This document shows positions 61,501-64,000 of a DNA stretch of 64,000 nt, piece after piece. The stretch is from the NCBI GenBank assembly GCA_964106645.2, contig OZ067043.1, one strand, 5' to 3'. Position 1 is the first letter of the stretch; every line of letters starts with the position of its first letter. Position numbers and translations under genes: made by a program. Under the pieces are notes generated by a model, which made no database searches, was not told the origin of the DNA, and saw nothing but the letters and a program-made list of their open reading frames with translations. The stretch comes from Podarcis pityusensis. Lineage: Eukaryota.

Positions 61501-62333
61501 ATTTGCTCTGCCCTCAGAAGCTCAGGTGGTGGTGGTTCAGGAGAAGGCGTTCTGTGTGGCGAAACTTGGTCCCCACAAAGGTTAATCTGGTAGCTTTATT
61601 GTATAACTTCCGGCAAATGCTGGAGACACAACTCTTTACCTTGTCTTTTGACACTGGAAGTTTTTGGGTTTTTAGGAGCTACCTTCTTTTGTGATTGTAA
61701 GTTATTTTAAACTGTTTTAATAGTGTGTTTTCACATTGTAACTTGCTTTGGTACCTTGGAGTGAAGGGTATGTAATAAACAACAAAAGCAACATACTCCT
61801 GTTCTGAGAACATCATTGGTAATCTGTTAGTTTGGGGGCCTTTCAGAAATTAACACATAAACAACAGAGCTCTCAAAATGCTATAATGTGGTCCAACTGA
61901 CTATATTACTATGCTAAATATAAGATACTAATTACTGGAACCATTTATCTTCCTACAACAATGTTATTTTTTTCGTTTCAATCATAAACATTCTAATTTC
62001 TAATAAATTCTGGAATAAATAATTTCAAATAAATTCTACTCTTTTAAGAACTTCTTGGGGTGAACAAGCCCATTTCTTTACTATTTTGGTAGGTAGAGTA
62101 GAGTGACATGCTTGCTATCTAAAAGGTTATATAAGTACACTTCTTGCATACAATCCTTGGATTGCGCAATTGACTGGAAACTTTTGGAACAGTTGCAGTG
62201 CAGCCAAATATGCCAACCTTATCCTTGGCTGGTGGTGTGGAGACTGAGACTACCATAGATAGTGACAACGAGGAACTTCTAAAGGAAAAAGACAACTCTG
62301 AAAACGAGAGGAAGCAAAAACGACATGCAGTTG
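49489..62333 (+). CDS. PATJ: InaD-like protein / PALS1-associated tight junction protein, 5' portion (3'-partial): join(49489..49510,49601..49767,50298..50492,51464..51603,52216..52411,52901..53029,56300..56521,59218..59308,59441..59532,60691..60832,62193..62333)
   Basis: One continuous frame across 11 GT-AG exons. [19 protein letters not shown]...[20 protein letters not shown] (L27), then three PDZ domains ([25 protein letters not shown]). The MPENP N-terminus and synteny with TM2D1 identify PATJ rather than MPDZ. Confidence 0.96.
49601..49767 (+). CDS. PATJ: PATJ exon, L27 domain
   Basis: cccacag| ... CAA|GTAAGT. 167 nt. [21 protein letters not shown]...LKEQ. Confidence 0.95.
50298..50492 (+). 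CDS. PATJ: PATJ exon ([22 protein letters not shown]...IQRMAK)
   Basis: tccacag| ... AAG|GTATGG. 195 nt, phase 0-0. Confidence 0.93.
50774..50798. repeat. (CAT)n microsatellite
   Basis: Direct observation. Confidence 0.9.
50799..50974. mobile_element. hAT MITE (same family as 17897-18040), inserted in an L2 microsatellite tail
   Basis: CAGTGCTTTTTTTC start. Shares ttagggg.actctcatttt and caaaatgtttagggg...taccc.tgc blocks with the 17.9 kb copy. Confidence 0.78.
50975..51270 (-). mobile_element. L2 LINE 3' end
   Basis: Translation [31 protein letters not shown] is an L2 ORF2 C-terminus. The 3'UTR is shared with the 5602-5850 copy. Confidence 0.85.
51464..51603 (+). CDS. PATJ: PATJ exon, PDZ1 N-half
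   Basis: tttattag| ... AG|GTGAGA. 140 nt. [24 protein letters not shown]...[14 protein letters not shown]. Confidence 0.96.
52216..52411 (+). CDS. PATJ: PATJ exon, PDZ1 C-half
   Basis: atccaag| ... ATG|GTAAGT. 196 nt. [17 protein letters not shown]...LHLIVAKEP. Confidence 0.95.
52901..53029 (+). CDS. PATJ: PATJ exon, PDZ2 N-half
   Basis: ctcttccag| ... AAG|GTAACT. 129 nt. [43 protein letters not shown]. Confidence 0.96.
56300..56521 (+). CDS. PATJ: PATJ exon, PDZ2 C-half
   Basis: ctcaaag| ... ACG|GTGAGT. 222 nt. [45 protein letters not shown]. Confidence 0.95.
59218..59308 (+). CDS. PATJ: PATJ exon, PDZ3 start
   Basis: tttcctag| ... G|GTGAGT. 91 nt. [30 protein letters not shown]. Confidence 0.94.
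59441..59532 (+). CDS. PATJ: PATJ exon, PDZ3 middle (NAGNAG acceptor; alternative start 59444)
   Basis: tttctttaag|cag|. Donor CT|GTAAGT. (A)[30 protein letters not shown]. Confidence 0.93.
60084..60309. mobile_element. Tigger/pogo-like MITE, 226 bp, TA TSD
   Basis: TA|CAGTGGTACC...GGTACCACTG|TA. Colinear with 24456-24681. Confidence 0.9.
60691..60832 (+). CDS. PATJ: PATJ exon, PDZ3 end
   Basis: tgtattag| ... G|GTAAAG. 142 nt. [33 protein letters not shown]. Confidence 0.94.
61175..61780 (+). mobile_element. Degraded, internally deleted L2 LINE fragment
   Basis: [29 protein letters not shown] and L2-type 3'UTR remnants. Confidence 0.7.
62193..62333 (+). CDS. PATJ: PATJ exon, post-PDZ3 linker (5' boundary uncertain: 62187, 62193 or 62199)
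   Basis: Phase 1-1 open exon [33 protein letters not shown]..., with a strong donor TTG|GTAAGT. The VETET motif matches the recalled mammalian linker. Weak acceptor. Confidence 0.82.
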
Positions 62334-63274
62334 GTAAGTGATATATCTTTGGAGGAGACTTTTGCTACACTAACCTTCTGTTTGCCAACCATATCATATA
62401 TGGTCTTTAAATAGTAGTAGGACAAATGAGTGTCAGTAGAAGGGGATATTGAGCAATTAATTTTAGTAGCAGCCTAATTTGGCCTAATAACAGCAGGATA
62501 TTTTTTGTTGTTGTTGCACATTAAAAACTGGGTCTATTGTTTTTGAAGCTTTGTATCTGTACAGGAGACGCATTATGCTGCAGTTATAGAATTGCTGGAA
62601 CCCTTGTTTTCTGCTGCAGCTGACAAGTTGTGATGACTTTGTCAGTTTTCACCATATTGGGGCATTCACAGGCTAATTGGAATGATTTTTAAAGAAAATA
62701 AGTGGTCTGTGGCATGCGATTCTACATCTGTAGGCTTGTCATTTCGTAAAATTTTATTTTATTACAGAAAGGTAAAAACCATTTAGGATACAGGAATGTA
62801 AAAGTGTTTTCACACTGGTAAATATATTCACTTACCTTTCATGCTTGAGAGCTAAAAGCAGTCATTTCATTTCAAACATGGTTGATACTAAAACACTGTC
62901 TATAAAAGTTCACCCTGGAGCAGAATTTAATGGCCAAATTAAATTCCAAAAATAGGTACTTATATTGGAAATGCTGACAGGCACTTAATTATAATAGCAC
63001 TAAAGTAAAACACCCCTAATTTAATGCCCTGTCTAAACTCTAGAAACGCCTTTCAAACTTAATGTAAAAAGTGTGTTTTATAAAATGTGTTTTTTCTCTA
63101 GATCTGATTGTGCTAAGCTTTAATTCAAATTCCTGAATAGATTTAAACAGTGGTGTGCTCTAACAGCTACAATGATGTTGGTACAGTCAGTGAAATATAA
63201 TTTAATATGATGTTTGCATGAAACCCTTTCTTGGGTTCTAGCTGAGTACCTGAGCATCAGTATGATGCATTGGT

Positions 63275-63429
63275 TAGAATGATAGAATTGTAGATTGGGA
63301 GGGACCCCGAGGATCATCTAGTCCAACCCCCTGCAATGCAGGATTCCTGTCCACAGCTGTCCCTGGATGGGCTCGAACCACCAACCTTCTGGTTAACAGT
63401 CAGATGCACTGACCCATTGTGCCACAGAC
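63275..63429 (-). mobile_element. SINE with tRNA-Asn(GTT)-like head and CR1-derived tail
   Basis: - strand GTCTGTGGCACAATGGGTCAGTGCATCTGACTGTTAACCAGAAGGTTGGTGGTTCGAGCCCATCCAGGGAC follows vertebrate tRNA-Asn. It is followed by the same CR1 tail as 24229-24359. Confidence 0.82.
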
Positions 63430-64000
63430 TGCACTTTGCCTCTGATCCTGTAGGTCTAAAATCCCTTTGAAGCCATCCAGTTGGTGGCAATTACTACACC
63501 CTGTGGGATCAAATTTCAAAGTTTAAGTATGTGCTGTGTGAAGAAATACTTCAATTTGTCTGTCTTGAATCTTCCACCGTTCACCTTCTCTGAATGACCC
63601 CAAGATCTGGTCCAGAAAAGTTATCTGACCCTGTAGTGGACTGCACCATTATTTCAGAGCATCTGGTTGGGGAGTCTTGACAGGTGTTCCAATGGTTTAA
63701 CTCCTGTCTGGCCATATTCAGAATGTGGTTGAAAGAGACGCTAGTTCAACTCCATGTGCATTGACTTATGGTGTCATAAGGCTTGGTGTTACAGACAATG
63801 CTTTATTAAGCTCTACATGAAGCCACATAAGTGTAGATAGGAGTGCAATTTAAGGATGCTTACCTAGAGAGACTTTGCAACCGTATGTCTTCAGTTATAT
63901 GTTTCCATATTTCAGATGGCAGCTAGCTTACAATTCATTTAATAAAACTGCACACGTGTTCTTCCAAAAGTTTACATAGGGCTGTGTAGGAAAGATAACA

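Noticed and set aside
63100-63920. Acceptor-like sites at ~63101 and ~63915 as the next PATJ exon
   Set aside because: In the required phase both hit stop codons within a few codons and show no PATJ similarity. The next exon is probably beyond the window.
1-64000. CRISPR array, operon or other prokaryote-type novel system
   Set aside because: The sequence is intron-containing vertebrate DNA. There is no repeat-spacer array or compact gene cluster, and the repeats are microsatellites and TEs.

Overview
Vertebrate nuclear DNA, almost certainly from a squamate and probably a lacertid lizard, judged from Sauria-type SINEs and lizard-type L2, CR1, RTE and MITE repeats. There are two head-to-head protein-coding genes. 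(1) TM2D1, complete, on the - strand: 6 coding exons (45587->34908, 621 nt, 206 aa) plus a probable non-coding 3' exon. Its first intron is a minor-spliceosome (U12) AT-AC intron. (2) The 5' part of PATJ (INADL) on the + strand: a CpG-island non-coding first exon near 47.2-47.5 kb and 11 coding exons (49489-62333) encoding L27, PDZ1, PDZ2, PDZ3 and the following linker. PATJ continues past the window end. The first ~34 kb is intergenic: transposon remnants interspersed with blocks that look like conserved non-coding elements, and a strong CTCF-like motif. I see no evidence of a wholly new multi-gene system. The most interesting signals are splicing oddities and some unusual mobile-element insertions. 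Splicing: the AT-AC intron, a PATJ exon whose homologous start is preceded by TG instead of AG, a stop-free 90-nt intron, a NAGNAG acceptor and a 3'UTR intron. Mobile elements: an ORF-less 975-bp retroelement with a 17-bp TSD, SINEs sharing one CR1 tail but carrying different tRNA heads, a promoter-bearing DIRS/Ngaro-like solo repeat, and a ~14-nt SINE tail insertion. Comparisons with human orthologues and repeat families are from memory, not from a search.
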